This document shows, in pieces, positions 26,784 through 36,117 of a stretch of DNA of 64,000 nt. Below the pieces are notes generated by a model. That model was not told where the DNA came from. It worked only from the letters and a program-made list of their open reading frames with translations, and searched no databases. Both the position numbers and the translations under genes were made by a program. This DNA comes from a virus. The stretch's first letter is position 1, and every line of letters begins with the position of its first letter. The DNA is taken from the IMG/VR virus record IMGVR_UViG_3300042400_000421, positions 1 to 64,000 of that record. One strand, 5' to 3'.

Positions 26784-27354
26784 TGTTACCACCTGTCTTG
26801 TAATACCATAATGCAATTCCTAATGCATCAACAATATCTTCATCTTCAATACCGGGGGTATCATCACCATATGCAATAGAAACTATCTCTCGGACCCTTT
26901 GCTTTCTTTCATTCTTCATTTTAATTTGAATTGAGCCTTTCTGACCATTATTCTCTAAAGAAGCCTTATCTTGCTTAGTCATATTTTTATAACCAATGCC
27001 CGGTTTCCAGCTTAGAGGATTAATATCTCTAGTTCTTATTCCATTCTGATACAGCAATCCCCAAGTAAAACCAATCATATAAGAGATAATACGACTGCTT
27101 TGAAAATTCTGAATATAGACGGACTGTTCAATAGCAGCGACATCAGGCTTGTATTTATTTATAATTGTTAACAACTCATCTGCTATTTTTGCGAATTTTT
27201 CTGATTCAGTTTTATCTTTTTTAAGATCAATTTTCCCAGTAGCAATAACATTTTTATCTGAATCAATAACTGCCCAAGCCAGAGAATGAGAGGCCGGATC
27301 TATGGCTATAAGCTTTGACCAAGTTTGTTTAGCAACAATGCTTTTAATACTCAC
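26773..27354 (-). CDS. ruvC: RuvC-like Holliday junction resolvase
   Basis: IAIDPA, AAIEQ, WK, EDIVDALGIA; leaderless GTG start. Confidence 0.85.
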   Translation of the reverse strand: MSIKSIVAKQTWSKLIAIDPASHSLAWAVIDSDKNVIATGKIDLKKDKTESEKFAKIADELLTIINKYKPDVAAIEQSVYIQNFQSSRIISYMIGFTWGLLYQNGIRTRDINPLSWKPGIGYKNMTKQDKASLENNGQKGSIQIKMKNERKQRVREIVSIAYGDDTPGIEDEDIVDALGIALWYYKTGGNNGS

Positions 27355-27375
27355 TTATATAGTATAGCGCATAGC

Positions 27376-27687
27376 CTAACGCTCTTCTTTACGGAGTTTC
27401 TCTTCATCCCAACCCCAACCGACAAGCCTTTGGATGAATCTCTCACCCTTGCACTGCTCGCAGATATCCTCATCATTATATGACGATAAGACGGTGGTAC
27501 AACCGTCTGTTACGCATACTCGTTTACGAGTTTTATTCTCTTTTTTTCTGTAGTAATTATCTAAGAGTTTTTTATTTGTTACGACTTTTCTACAGTCGGT
27601 TGAGCAATAGATTGTATTATATACCTTTGCAACAAACTCTTTCTTGCATAAATCGTTACTGCATATCCTTATTTCACCTTCAAACAT
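27376..27687 (-). CDS. zinc-finger protein
   Basis: Start MFEGEI; CxxxxC...YCSTDC, C...C...CEQC. Confidence 0.7.
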   Translation of the reverse strand: MFEGEIRICSNDLCKKEFVAKVYNTIYCSTDCRKVVTNKKLLDNYYRKKENKTRKRVCVTDGCTTVLSSYNDEDICEQCKGERFIQRLVGWGWDEEKLRKEER

Positions 27688-28402
27688 TCCCTGACCAGCA
27701 TTTATCAGCCAAATTGCAGTCTGCACACTTTGCAGAACTACGCTTGTAAGGCTGTGTGGGTATCTCTTTGGCCAAGAAGGCTTCATAAATCCCTGTATAT
27801 TTTTTGAATAATTTATCAATAAAAGCATCGTCACGCTCAATGAAGATTGGCAATATTTCTTGATTATTTTTATTCTCGTATATAACAAAACCACTAGGCA
27901 AATCTAAGCAGCGCATATAGATTTGTGCTTGGCGAATATGATCATCTTTTGGTTTGTTATGCAATTTCCTATAATGGAAACCTTCATTTGAAATTGATTT
28001 AAGTTCAATGAGTTTATGACCATTAAGATCAATAATCCCATCAGCAGTGCCCTCAATAGGCGGAGAATCATGAGTAACAGGAATTTCTTCTGCTACTAAG
28101 ATACCCATACCACGAAGATAAGTGTAAAGTCTTTCATGGACTGCATGACCGTTATCAAAGATACGATAAGTCTGTGGTTTAAATGAGGGAGTCATTTCTG
28201 TTCCTTCAAAAAGGTAATACCAATATCTAGCACACTGATTTGTGTAACTAGGATGGAATCCACCTACCTTTTTCTGTTCTGGAGTGTTCCTTGCTTCCAA
28301 ATAAGTATCAATAGACTTATTTAGTTCGTCAACGAGTTCCTCGCCAGTTTTTTTTATAATGTTCGTTGGCTTAGGCAAACGAAGTGCATTTAAAGATTTC
28401 AA
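27680..28402 (-). CDS. Cas4-like PD-(D/E)xK exonuclease
   Basis: CARYWYY, GHAVH, GTADGII, IELKS, QAQIY, C-terminal CxxC...C. Confidence 0.85.
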   Translation of the reverse strand: MKSLNALRLPKPTNIIKKTGEELVDELNKSIDTYLEARNTPEQKKVGGFHPSYTNQCARYWYYLFEGTEMTPSFKPQTYRIFDNGHAVHERLYTYLRGMGILVAEEIPVTHDSPPIEGTADGIIDLNGHKLIELKSISNEGFHYRKLHNKPKDDHIRQAQIYMRCLDLPSGFVIYENKNNQEILPIFIERDDAFIDKLFKKYTGIYEAFLAKEIPTQPYKRSSAKCADCNLADKCWSGNV

Positions 28403-28716
28403 TTAGCTCCTTTAGCTGATAGCTTTAATGTATTAATATTCTCTTGAAGAGCTTCATACATAGTTTTCCAAATATCGTTTACGAATTTATCGTTGTCACT
28501 CATAATGGAAGATTTTCTTTTAAACGCTTGAGATTTTACAATCATCATTGTTCTATAGGCTGCTAATATATTAGCATACTTGATAGCTTGCGATCCTACA
28601 TAAGTCTCTGGATTGTCAATAATATCTTGAACAATTCTCATACACTCAATAAATTCATCTGCCTTATCACCCATATGTTGGGCAAGCAGTTCAGGGCTTA
28701 CAAAAATATCAGCCAT
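28399..28716 (-). CDS. hypothetical protein
   Basis: 105-aa helical ORF, coupled. Confidence 0.7.
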   Translation of the reverse strand: MADIFVSPELLAQHMGDKADEFIECMRIVQDIIDNPETYVGSQAIKYANILAAYRTMMIVKSQAFKRKSSIMSDNDKFVNDIWKTMYEALQENINTLKLSAKGAN

Positions 28717-30100
28717 TTACTTCTCCACTTTCTATTAGTTTCTTTAATTCTACACCAATCCACTCGGCTACTGGCGATGCAATTGCGTTTCCGCACATTT
28801 TATATCTATTTGTGTCGGCAATCTTCTTGCCAGTGTAATCAACAGCCGTATGGTTGTCGGGAAAACCCATAAGCCTTTCACATTCAATAGGAGTTAATCT
28901 TCTGAGTATAAGTTCAGGAGACATTACCCCATGTTGAGATATTGTATCTAATGTATAAGAAGGATCACCAATATCCCCAAAACCCTTGCCCTGCGGACCG
29001 GAGGTGTCTGCACGACCAATAATTGTTCCTTGAATTGGGATTGCAATATGGTCTGCTGAATCAACACCTGTACGGATTGTACGATAGATATCTTCAGTAA
29101 TCTTATTGTTATAACCATCATAAGCAAGAACAGGAACTTGACCACCGCCAGTACCCATACGGTGCTTCAATGTTGGAACCATATCATCATCATAAACACG
29201 AACATCATTAACTCTTGTACCATCAACAACTAAGACTGTCGCTCTTGACTCGCCAGTATTATCAAATGCATTAAGCGTTGGAGCTACTGCATTATCAATC
29301 CATGATTCATCATCAGTAGAATTCTGTGCTCTTCTAGACTTTACGAATGGCTCAAGGACAAAGTTTCTCTCAGGGCGTTTGTAATCACTGGCAGCAAGAG
29401 TTACTCCTCCTTCTGTCCACTTTGCGTGTCCAGATTGTCCGTACCAGACAGTTTCTGTAGTGCTACTCTCAGTAGTTCTGGCAGACTGTTTCCTTTTCTT
29501 TCTGCCCTTCTTAATATCCCCCCTGCTGTCTTCGGGGACAGGTAGTATTTTTCCGCTACTTCGTTCAATGGCTGAAGAGTCCCAGCAAGCGAGGACAAAG
29601 ATTCTTCTTCTGCGTTGTGCGACTCCGAACCATTGTGCATCCAAGATGTGCCATTCAATTGCCAATGCCCCGATGTTAGCCATTTGGTTGAGGACTTCTG
29701 CGAAGTCTTCTCCCTTATTACTTGTGAGGGCACCTGGTACATTTTCCCAGATTGCCCATTTAGGAAATTCTCCATTAGTTGCTTCTCTCATTTCTTTTAT
29801 TATTCTTATACCTTCAAAGTATAAACCTGAACGATCTCCTTCAAGACCGGAACGCTTACCTGCTACAGATAAGTCTTGACATGGTGAGCCAAATGATATT
29901 AAATCAACTGGCGGTAACTCTGCACCATTTACATCTCTTACATCTTCAAATTTGGGTACACTAGGCCAGTGTTTTTTTAATACACTTTGGCAGTTCTTAT
30001 CCCATTCAACTTGGAATGAGCATTCCCATCCCGCCGAGTCAAATCCTAAATCAAATCCGCCGACTCCTGCGAATAGGCTTCCATACTTTAATTGCTTCAT
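28709..30100 (-). CDS. DNA (cytosine-5) methyltransferase, probably multispecific
   Basis: Motifs I FAGVGG, IV GSPCQ, VI ENV, VIII QRRRR, IX RLTPIECERLMGFPD, X GNA; long modular variable region. Confidence 0.93.
   Translation of the reverse strand: MKQLKYGSLFAGVGGFDLGFDSAGWECSFQVEWDKNCQSVLKKHWPSVPKFEDVRDVNGAELPPVDLISFGSPCQDLSVAGKRSGLEGDRSGLYFEGIRIIKEMREATNGEFPKWAIWENVPGALTSNKGEDFAEVLNQMANIGALAIEWHILDAQWFGVAQRRRRIFVLACWDSSAIERSSGKILPVPEDSRGDIKKGRKKRKQSARTTESSTTETVWYGQSGHAKWTEGGVTLAASDYKRPERNFVLEPFVKSRRAQNSTDDESWIDNAVAPTLNAFDNTGESRATVLVVDGTRVNDVRVYDDDMVPTLKHRMGTGGGQVPVLAYDGYNNKITEDIYRTIRTGVDSADHIAIPIQGTIIGRADTSGPQGKGFGDIGDPSYTLDTISQHGVMSPELILRRLTPIECERLMGFPDNHTAVDYTGKKIADTNRYKMCGNAIASPVAEWIGVELKKLIESGEVNG
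29401..29775 (-). CDS. nested alternative-frame ORF in the C5 methyltransferase (M.EcoHK31I beta-like)
   Basis: 124-aa same-strand out-of-frame ORF with KYYLSPKTAGGILRRAERKGNSLPELLRVAL; true start may be downstream. Confidence 0.6.
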   Translation of the reverse strand: MENFLNGQSGKMYQVPSQVIREKTSQKSSTKWLTSGHWQLNGTSWMHNGSESHNAEEESLSSLAGTLQPLNEVAEKYYLSPKTAGGILRRAERKGNSLPELLRVALQKLSGTDNLDTQSGQKEE

Positions 30101-30102
30101 TA

Positions 30103-30498
30103 CTATTTTCCTTTAAAAACTACAACAACCGAGGGGAACGGTGCCGGATTCTTTTGATCATCAAATTTTAGTCTACCCTTGATAAAGCGAATTTCATCAG
30201 AGTTCATGACAAAATTATGCCACCACCGAGTATCTGTGCGACTAGGGATTAGAAATACAGAGGTCTTACCTTTTTCCTGCTCTCCGACAGCCTTCTCTAG
30301 CCATTTAGCAATAACATTGCCATAAGGAGGATTAACAAAATTGCAGTTACCCCATTCAATCTCTAAACCGTCAAAAGAAGGGTCAGGAGGGCAAGGATCA
30401 AAATCAAAGTTAAACTCTTCATTAAGTTTTGCATAAAAAAGTTTTGGTGTTTTCCAATTATCTCTGCTGGCTGTAAAATGGACTCTACTTGTATTCAT
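30103..30498 (-). CDS. phage N6-adenine DNA methyltransferase (Dam-like)
   Basis: WKTP, FDFDPC, NPPYG, LIPSRTDT, EIRFIKGRLKF. Confidence 0.88.
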   Translation of the reverse strand: MNTSRVHFTASRDNWKTPKLFYAKLNEEFNFDFDPCPPDPSFDGLEIEWGNCNFVNPPYGNVIAKWLEKAVGEQEKGKTSVFLIPSRTDTRWWHNFVMNSDEIRFIKGRLKFDDQKNPAPFPSVVVVFKGK

Positions 30499-31141
30499 TA
30501 TATTTCTTCCTATTGTTTGTAATTGAGTTTAGGATTTCTAAACCTAAATCGTAAGGAATGCGAGATCTATCTCTCGCTCCCTTGATGCCTTGTGTACCAG
30601 TTATTGAACCTCTAGGAGCAGCAACATGGCATGAGTCACCATTCTTGCAAGGAATACGAGGCTCCCAGTTTAAAACTTCACCCCATAAGTCAGTAGGTTT
30701 CATTCTTTTGTCCCCATACGAACAATATGTAATTGTATTTCTTGGCAACCCCTGAACAGCAGGGAGTTTGCGAAGCACTCCTCTTGGGTTTTCAATTAAA
30801 TAACCATAAGTAGGATTTAAATTTTCAATTATGTTTCTAACATGCGTAACAAGATTTTGACTCTGAATAGCCATTTCTGTTTTAGGAATATAAGCACCTT
30901 TCCCTCCTGTCCAATGATGACCAATAGATGCAACGCTGAAAGCAGTGCAAGGGGGTGATGCCCAAATAAAATCTGGTGTCCCATAAGTATTGTATAACCA
31001 TTCACTTGTTATATCCATCATGTCAACAGTATGTGTTGATTCAAAGTCTGGACTTAATTCAAAGCTAATGACTGTATGTCCGGCATCCTTAAATGCCTGT
31101 GTTGAGGAACCTGTCCCCGAAAAGAAGTCAAATATCAGCAT
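30485..31141 (-). CDS. short DNA cytosine methyltransferase
   Basis: FFSGTGS, WASPPCT, IENPRG, KPTDLW. Confidence 0.8.
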   Translation of the reverse strand: MLIFDFFSGTGSSTQAFKDAGHTVISFELSPDFESTHTVDMMDITSEWLYNTYGTPDFIWASPPCTAFSVASIGHHWTGGKGAYIPKTEMAIQSQNLVTHVRNIIENLNPTYGYLIENPRGVLRKLPAVQGLPRNTITYCSYGDKRMKPTDLWGEVLNWEPRIPCKNGDSCHVAAPRGSITGTQGIKGARDRSRIPYDLGLEILNSITNNRKKYNEYK

Positions 31142-31298
31142 CCCATTTTTTCCCTGCTATTAGTTTTGGTGATTGATGGCAGATTCCACATTTACCGAAA
31201 TATCCATCTCCGTAGTGCGTCTTCCACTCACGACAGCATAGCACTACTACTTCCATCCCAAAGCGTTGCTCAAGTTTTTTTCTTTCTTCACTTTTCAT
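31128..31298 (-). CDS. 56-aa Cys/His protein (not in ORF track)
   Basis: MKSEERKKLEQRFGMEVVVLCCREWKTHYGDGYFGKCGICHQSPK... Confidence 0.55.
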   Translation of the reverse strand: MKSEERKKLEQRFGMEVVVLCCREWKTHYGDGYFGKCGICHQSPKLIAGKKWDADI

Positions 31299-31301
31299 TG
31301 A

Positions 31302-31928
31302 TTACTCAATGTCATAATGGTATCTATTGTCATCAGATGTTTTCCACTTGTTAGCATCTTCAACATCCCATTTTCTAGTATTAACAAATCTCTCAATCAA
31401 AGTTCCAGTCTTTGTTGTAAAAGATGGATCAAATAATCTAACTCTATTGTTTGGCTGTATAGCATAGTTTCCGTCATCTCTAAGCATTACATGGCCGCAT
31501 TTGTGTTGCCCAGGGTTTGTACTAAATCCAAGGTTTATGGTGTTATCATCGGGGGCATGCCAATCAAGCGTGAATAAATACTTAGCGTTTACAAACTCAC
31601 CAGAACGAGCAACATAAGTCATTCTCATATTTCTCATTGCTTGAAATTCAGTAACCGCTACATGAGGACTAAAAGAGTTCCAAAGAACAAGTTCATGAAT
31701 ATCAACTTCAGGAACATTTGGTCTTTCACAAAAAGCATTTATAGGCATTCTCCACCAAACCCCTCCATCCTCCATTAAGAAGTGAAATAAAGGACTTCTC
31801 CCTTGAATACTTGTTACTCCAAAAATCATGCAAGGGAAGTATTCATCATGAGAATCTAATTGATCTCTTAAGAAGTTACCTCTAACGTAACATTCAATCA
31901 TTGGTATATTGGCATTAAGTTCTGGCAT
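31302..31928 (-). CDS. conserved-type phage hypothetical protein
   Basis: Start MPELNANIP; YLFTLDW, HKCGH, QPNNRV. Confidence 0.75.
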   Translation of the reverse strand: MPELNANIPMIECYVRGNFLRDQLDSHDEYFPCMIFGVTSIQGRSPLFHFLMEDGGVWWRMPINAFCERPNVPEVDIHELVLWNSFSPHVAVTEFQAMRNMRMTYVARSGEFVNAKYLFTLDWHAPDDNTINLGFSTNPGQHKCGHVMLRDDGNYAIQPNNRVRLFDPSFTTKTGTLIERFVNTRKWDVEDANKWKTSDDNRYHYDIE

Positions 31929-31944
31929 TTTGTTTATCTTTCTT

Positions 31945-32244
31945 TTATTCGTAATCTGAATCTTTAATAAGTTCCTTAAAAACTTCCCATTCAATGATGG
32001 CAACTTTTACATCAGAATCTTCTCCAAGAACAACGGAGATGCAGGGGTGTTTATGGTTAGACTTCCAAGCGTCTTTTCTCATCTTTAACCAGTTAAGTCT
32101 AGTTAGACTAAACGAAGAACCATTGTGTTTATAGTCCAAGAGAAAACTGTGAAACTCAGCATCACCTTTTTTCAAACCCCTACCAGAATTCTTAACAGCC
32201 TTGGCAGCGTCTTTTTTAATCTCTTCTTTTTCTGTTCTTTTCAA
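31945..32244 (-). CDS. putative PD-(D/E)xK Holliday junction resolvase-like nuclease
   Basis: E...KNSGRG..KGD...LDYK...SFSL...W.K. Confidence 0.6.
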   Translation of the reverse strand: MKRTEKEEIKKDAAKAVKNSGRGLKKGDAEFHSFLLDYKHNGSSFSLTRLNWLKMRKDAWKSNHKHPCISVVLGEDSDVKVAIIEWEVFKELIKDSDYE

Positions 32245-32259
32245 TGCAATTCTTTCTGA

Positions 32260-32388
32260 CTATTCCCAAAAATAATCATCGTCTTCAAAATCTTCCTCAA
32301 TCTTCTTAATTAAGGCAATAGTTCCTATGACTAAAAGACCCGAAGCAATAGTAAAGGGTAGTGTTATAAATATAAGCAGTTTTTTCAT
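32260..32388 (-). CDS. 42-aa single-pass membrane protein (not in ORF track)
   Basis: MKKLLIFITLPFTIASGLLVIGTIALIKKIEEDFEDDDYFWE*; ATGA overlap with recA stop. Confidence 0.6.
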   Translation of the reverse strand: MKKLLIFITLPFTIASGLLVIGTIALIKKIEEDFEDDDYFWE

Positions 32389-33302
32389 CCTACTAATATT
32401 TTAGCACTAATCTCCTCAATCTGCTTTTCGGTTAACTCAATCTTACCCATACCATTCCACTTCTCTTCCTGATAGAAGAACCAAGCGCCTCTGCGTTCAA
32501 TAATCCCCATCTCAATGGCGATATCAAGCATTTCACGATACTTATCAATAGAAGCCTCTTGGGGGAGAACATAATACTCACCCTTTGTGCCGATACTCGC
32601 TCTTTGCTTTGTCTTCTCAATAGTCCAAGCAACCTTCTGAGAAGTAATCATATTACGATCATCTCTTTCCATTTCCTTAGATGACTGTGACAAGAACAAC
32701 TTAACAATATTATGCATATTATGGAAAACTGAGTTACCAATTTTTGCCTTAGTAACTGCATACATTCCACTCAAGTCCATTGTCTGATGAGCAATAAAGA
32801 TCATTATGTTTCTCTCTTTATGGAGGTAGTTAACCAACTGCTGAAGAAGAGCGCCTTGAGAGCGAGCAAGCAAACCAATTGCTTTACTTCCTTCCGGCTT
32901 GTCGTATGCTTCCTGTCTAATGATATTTGATAGAGAGTCAAACAAGAAGATGTGCTTCTCTTCTTGATGGTTCAGGTAAGGATAAAGATTCTTTAGAATA
33001 TCCTCAACAACTGTTGATTGAATTACAACAATATCCTCAATGTTTACACCACACTTAGCAGCATACTCTTCATTAAATGAATATTCAGAGTCAACTATTA
33101 CAGGCCTAAAACCTTTAGCCTGAGCTTCAGCAAGAATTCTGAAACAAATAGTTGACTTACCTACTGAGGGGTTGCCCCAAAATAAATGAGTAGCCCCAGT
33201 ATTTAAACCACCGCCTAGTGCTCGGTTAAGACCGACACTTGGAGTTTCAATAACCTCATGGATTGGCATGAGGTCGCCTTTACGCTTATCTACAATTAGC
33301 AT
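32385..33302 (-). CDS. recA: RecA-like recombinase
   Basis: LNRALGGG, Walker A GNPSVGKS, VDSE, FDSL, GIIERRGAWF. Confidence 0.9.
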   Translation of the reverse strand: MLIVDKRKGDLMPIHEVIETPSVGLNRALGGGLNTGATHLFWGNPSVGKSTICFRILAEAQAKGFRPVIVDSEYSFNEEYAAKCGVNIEDIVVIQSTVVEDILKNLYPYLNHQEEKHIFLFDSLSNIIRQEAYDKPEGSKAIGLLARSQGALLQQLVNYLHKERNIMIFIAHQTMDLSGMYAVTKAKIGNSVFHNMHNIVKLFLSQSSKEMERDDRNMITSQKVAWTIEKTKQRASIGTKGEYYVLPQEASIDKYREMLDIAIEMGIIERRGAWFFYQEEKWNGMGKIELTEKQIEEISAKILVG

Positions 33303-33331
33303 ATACTTTTCTTTCTTTTATAGTTTTTATT

Positions 33332-33342
33332 ATCATAACACA
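33332..33342 (-). promoter_or_regulatory. extended -10 promoter upstream of recA
   Basis: TGTGT-TATGAT. Confidence 0.55.
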
Positions 33343-33348
33343 TGGATA

Positions 33349-34383
33349 CTATAGAGTTCCCATCCAATTATGAATTATTTCCGCACAATATTCAAAATCA
33401 ACACAATTTTTAAATGTTTTATATGCATTAATAGACATTTCATCTAATACATCTTTATTGATATAAATTTCTTTTATTTTCTTTATTGCATCGTCATTTG
33501 AATACTGATCTAAGTCAATGCAACTTTTATCATTAAATAGTTCTTGAGCTAACTGATTTCGGTACAGAGAACTTCTTATGATTGTTGGTCTTCCACAGGC
33601 GTAAGCATTATAAATTATATGACCATACCCATCACCATGATCTTTGACATGAAAAACTAAATCATCATTATTCATTGAGTTTGCTAGGTCTACAACACCT
33701 GACATATTACCATCACGGCACTGACCACCATAGCTGTTGAATTTAATTTCTGGTATGGACTTCTCAAGTTCATTAAAATCTCTCCAGCCAATTGGTAATT
33801 CCTGTAACAAATTTACATAGCTACTTATTCTTCCAGATTCTTTATGACTTGTTGGCTTAAATATATTTGTATCAAACTCTTGATGATAGTAGATTACATT
33901 AGCATCTTCAATAGTCCCCGGATTAACAGATCCCATAACATTAAGTCCTCTGAATATATTAGGGTCCCAATTATTTCCAATTTGAATTATCAACTTAGCC
34001 TGTGGTTGAAACTTTTTGATTAACTCTTGAAATACAGAAATGTGCGCTGGTATTGAAGCAATCATGAAATCAAATTTCTGGCTCTTAAAAGCTTCTAATG
34101 TTATTCCATTATGTGTTGTTATATTGCCGGGGTCATACACGCTATATACACCATCTGAATGTTCTTTAACAACATTAAGAGGAGGAGTGTTATCTGCTAA
34201 TACTTGGGTTTTAACATCAAGAAATTGTTTAGCAGTATCTAATTGGTCATTGATAGCCCAGTAGCCTTCATAGAACCATTCAAGCCCGATTGGTCTATAT
34301 ACATTCATTCCTAGCCTCTCCTCAAAAAGCATCACCAATGAACGCAAAAGAGAGTTGTGATGAAAATCAGTTAAGATATTCAT
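33349..34383 (-). CDS. GT-B fold glycosyltransferase (divergent)
   Basis: HVKDHGDGYGHIIYNAYACGRPTII nucleotide-sugar binding segment. Confidence 0.7.
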   Translation of the reverse strand: MNILTDFHHNSLLRSLVMLFEERLGMNVYRPIGLEWFYEGYWAINDQLDTAKQFLDVKTQVLADNTPPLNVVKEHSDGVYSVYDPGNITTHNGITLEAFKSQKFDFMIASIPAHISVFQELIKKFQPQAKLIIQIGNNWDPNIFRGLNVMGSVNPGTIEDANVIYYHQEFDTNIFKPTSHKESGRISSYVNLLQELPIGWRDFNELEKSIPEIKFNSYGGQCRDGNMSGVVDLANSMNNDDLVFHVKDHGDGYGHIIYNAYACGRPTIIRSSLYRNQLAQELFNDKSCIDLDQYSNDDAIKKIKEIYINKDVLDEMSINAYKTFKNCVDFEYCAEIIHNWMGTL

Positions 34384-35129
34384 TGTTTTTCAAAATATGC
34401 TAAACCAATAGTTTCATAATTTTGTACATCTGCAAAACGCTTGTTTGTTACATCTTTAAACTGATTGCCAATAAGAGTATTAAATTCTTTATACATCTCC
34501 TTGGTTGTTGGCAAAGCATGAAGTTCTGCAACAATGCTATTAATCTTCTCCAATGTCTCAGGAGATGCTCCCTTGAAAGCACTCCACTCAGCGCCTTCGC
34601 AATCAATCTTAAGAATATCTACATTATCAATATCACCAAGAACATCATCAAGACTAATTGTGCTTACTTTAATTTCGCGGCCTTCTGTCCAAAGATCCTT
34701 TTGCCATTCTGAAGAATCGATAGTATTCCCAATAAAGCGATGATGTGAACCTGATTCTGTATTCTCATTGCCATATCTTAATACAACTTCCTTACCTGAT
34801 ACTTCATTAATAGCTTTATGGTGGAGAGTAAAATTGTTTTCCCATCCATTTGCTTTAACATTCTTCATAATAAGTTCAGCATTCTCCGGCAATGGCTCAA
34901 CTGCAATCACTTTGAATCCACGACTGAGCATTGCGAGTGAGCAACCTCCAGCATGTGCGCCAATATCTACTGCTGTAGATTTTTCAAGGTCAACCTGCAA
35001 GTCGCCAATCTTGTATTCATCCTCGGCAATGCAAGAATACAAAGTATTCCAGTCATTAGTTCCTTGTCTTGTGAATATAGTTACCTCCACACCCCAAGGT
35101 GTTTTAATCTTATCTTCTTTATATTGCAT
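34380..35129 (-). CDS. FkbM-family SAM methyltransferase
   Basis: VDIGAHAG, AVEPLPEN, LKIDCEGAE. Confidence 0.9.
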   Translation of the reverse strand: MQYKEDKIKTPWGVEVTIFTRQGTNDWNTLYSCIAEDEYKIGDLQVDLEKSTAVDIGAHAGGCSLAMLSRGFKVIAVEPLPENAELIMKNVKANGWENNFTLHHKAINEVSGKEVVLRYGNENTESGSHHRFIGNTIDSSEWQKDLWTEGREIKVSTISLDDVLGDIDNVDILKIDCEGAEWSAFKGASPETLEKINSIVAELHALPTTKEMYKEFNTLIGNQFKDVTNKRFADVQNYETIGLAYFEKQ

Positions 35130-36117
35130 CTAAAAATTCCTTCCATTGTTTCATTATTTTCTTTTTACCAAATACATCAATAGCGTAGGCTCTTTGCTTT
35201 TCACTAATCTGTTTTGCGTATGCATCGTTGTCAATCAACTCTTGTGTTTGTGAAATCATTTCCTCAATGCTTCCACATACGATTCCACCAAAATCCCTAA
35301 GAATATCTTCCACTTCATAGAAATCAAAATTATATATAATATTTGCCATTTGATTACTGATTGCGACAATTGGCAATCCCATCATTAATGCTTCAATAAA
35401 AGACAGCGTATATGATGCAGGAGCAGTTCCACCATATGGCATAACTCTTGCCTCTTGCATTCTCTTTATCTGAGCCTCGTAAGGTATAGCACCGCCGTTA
35501 TATTTACCTAAGTCATCATTGCCGGGGCCATAGATTGTCCCATCAAATTTCTCAATAACAGCCATGACTTCATCGTAATGACAATGATCTCTTCTACCTT
35601 TTAATGTCTGGGCAAAGTTAACAACATTGCGACCATCGCCAGTCCAGCCCGACAACTCATCTTCATCTTTGCAAAAACGAATGAGTATATCTTCCCCAAT
35701 GTAATTAGAAATCCTTCTTTCGTTTGGAGAGTATCTAATAATCTTTAGACCTTCATCACGCATTGGTTTCAAAGCTGCCTCTACTGCTTCAGTAGACTGA
35801 CCTATTGTTCTCCAAATTACATTCTTATGCTTAATCCGACTCCAGTTTTCAATAATTACATTAGGCGAATGCATTACGATAATGACATCAAATGGGTCAA
35901 TAAGTTCACTTGGCAAGTTTGTCTTTGGAAAATTGGTTGCAAAAGGTACATACTCATGATACATAACCGCATTCTTAATTGCTGGTCTTGGATGACTGAT
36001 ATGCCCCGCCGGATCAATGTATGCTCCATTAGAGAATACCTCATGACCCAAATCTGTTAGCAGCTGTACTTCATCATATTCCAATATTGAATGACAACTT
36101 AAATAATGTATTTTCAT
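35119..36117 (-). CDS. GT-B fold glycosyltransferase
   Basis: Start MKIHY (ATGA overlap); SYTLSFIEALMMGLPIV. Confidence 0.8.
   Translation of the reverse strand: MKIHYLSCHSILEYDEVQLLTDLGHEVFSNGAYIDPAGHISHPRPAIKNAVMYHEYVPFATNFPKTNLPSELIDPFDVIIVMHSPNVIIENWSRIKHKNVIWRTIGQSTEAVEAALKPMRDEGLKIIRYSPNERRISNYIGEDILIRFCKDEDELSGWTGDGRNVVNFAQTLKGRRDHCHYDEVMAVIEKFDGTIYGPGNDDLGKYNGGAIPYEAQIKRMQEARVMPYGGTAPASYTLSFIEALMMGLPIVAISNQMANIIYNFDFYEVEDILRDFGGIVCGSIEEMISQTQELIDNDAYAKQISEKQRAYAIDVFGKKKIMKQWKEFLDAI

Noticed and set aside
27680-28402. CRISPR-Cas system
   Set aside because: Solo Cas4-like nuclease; no repeat-spacer array or other cas genes seen
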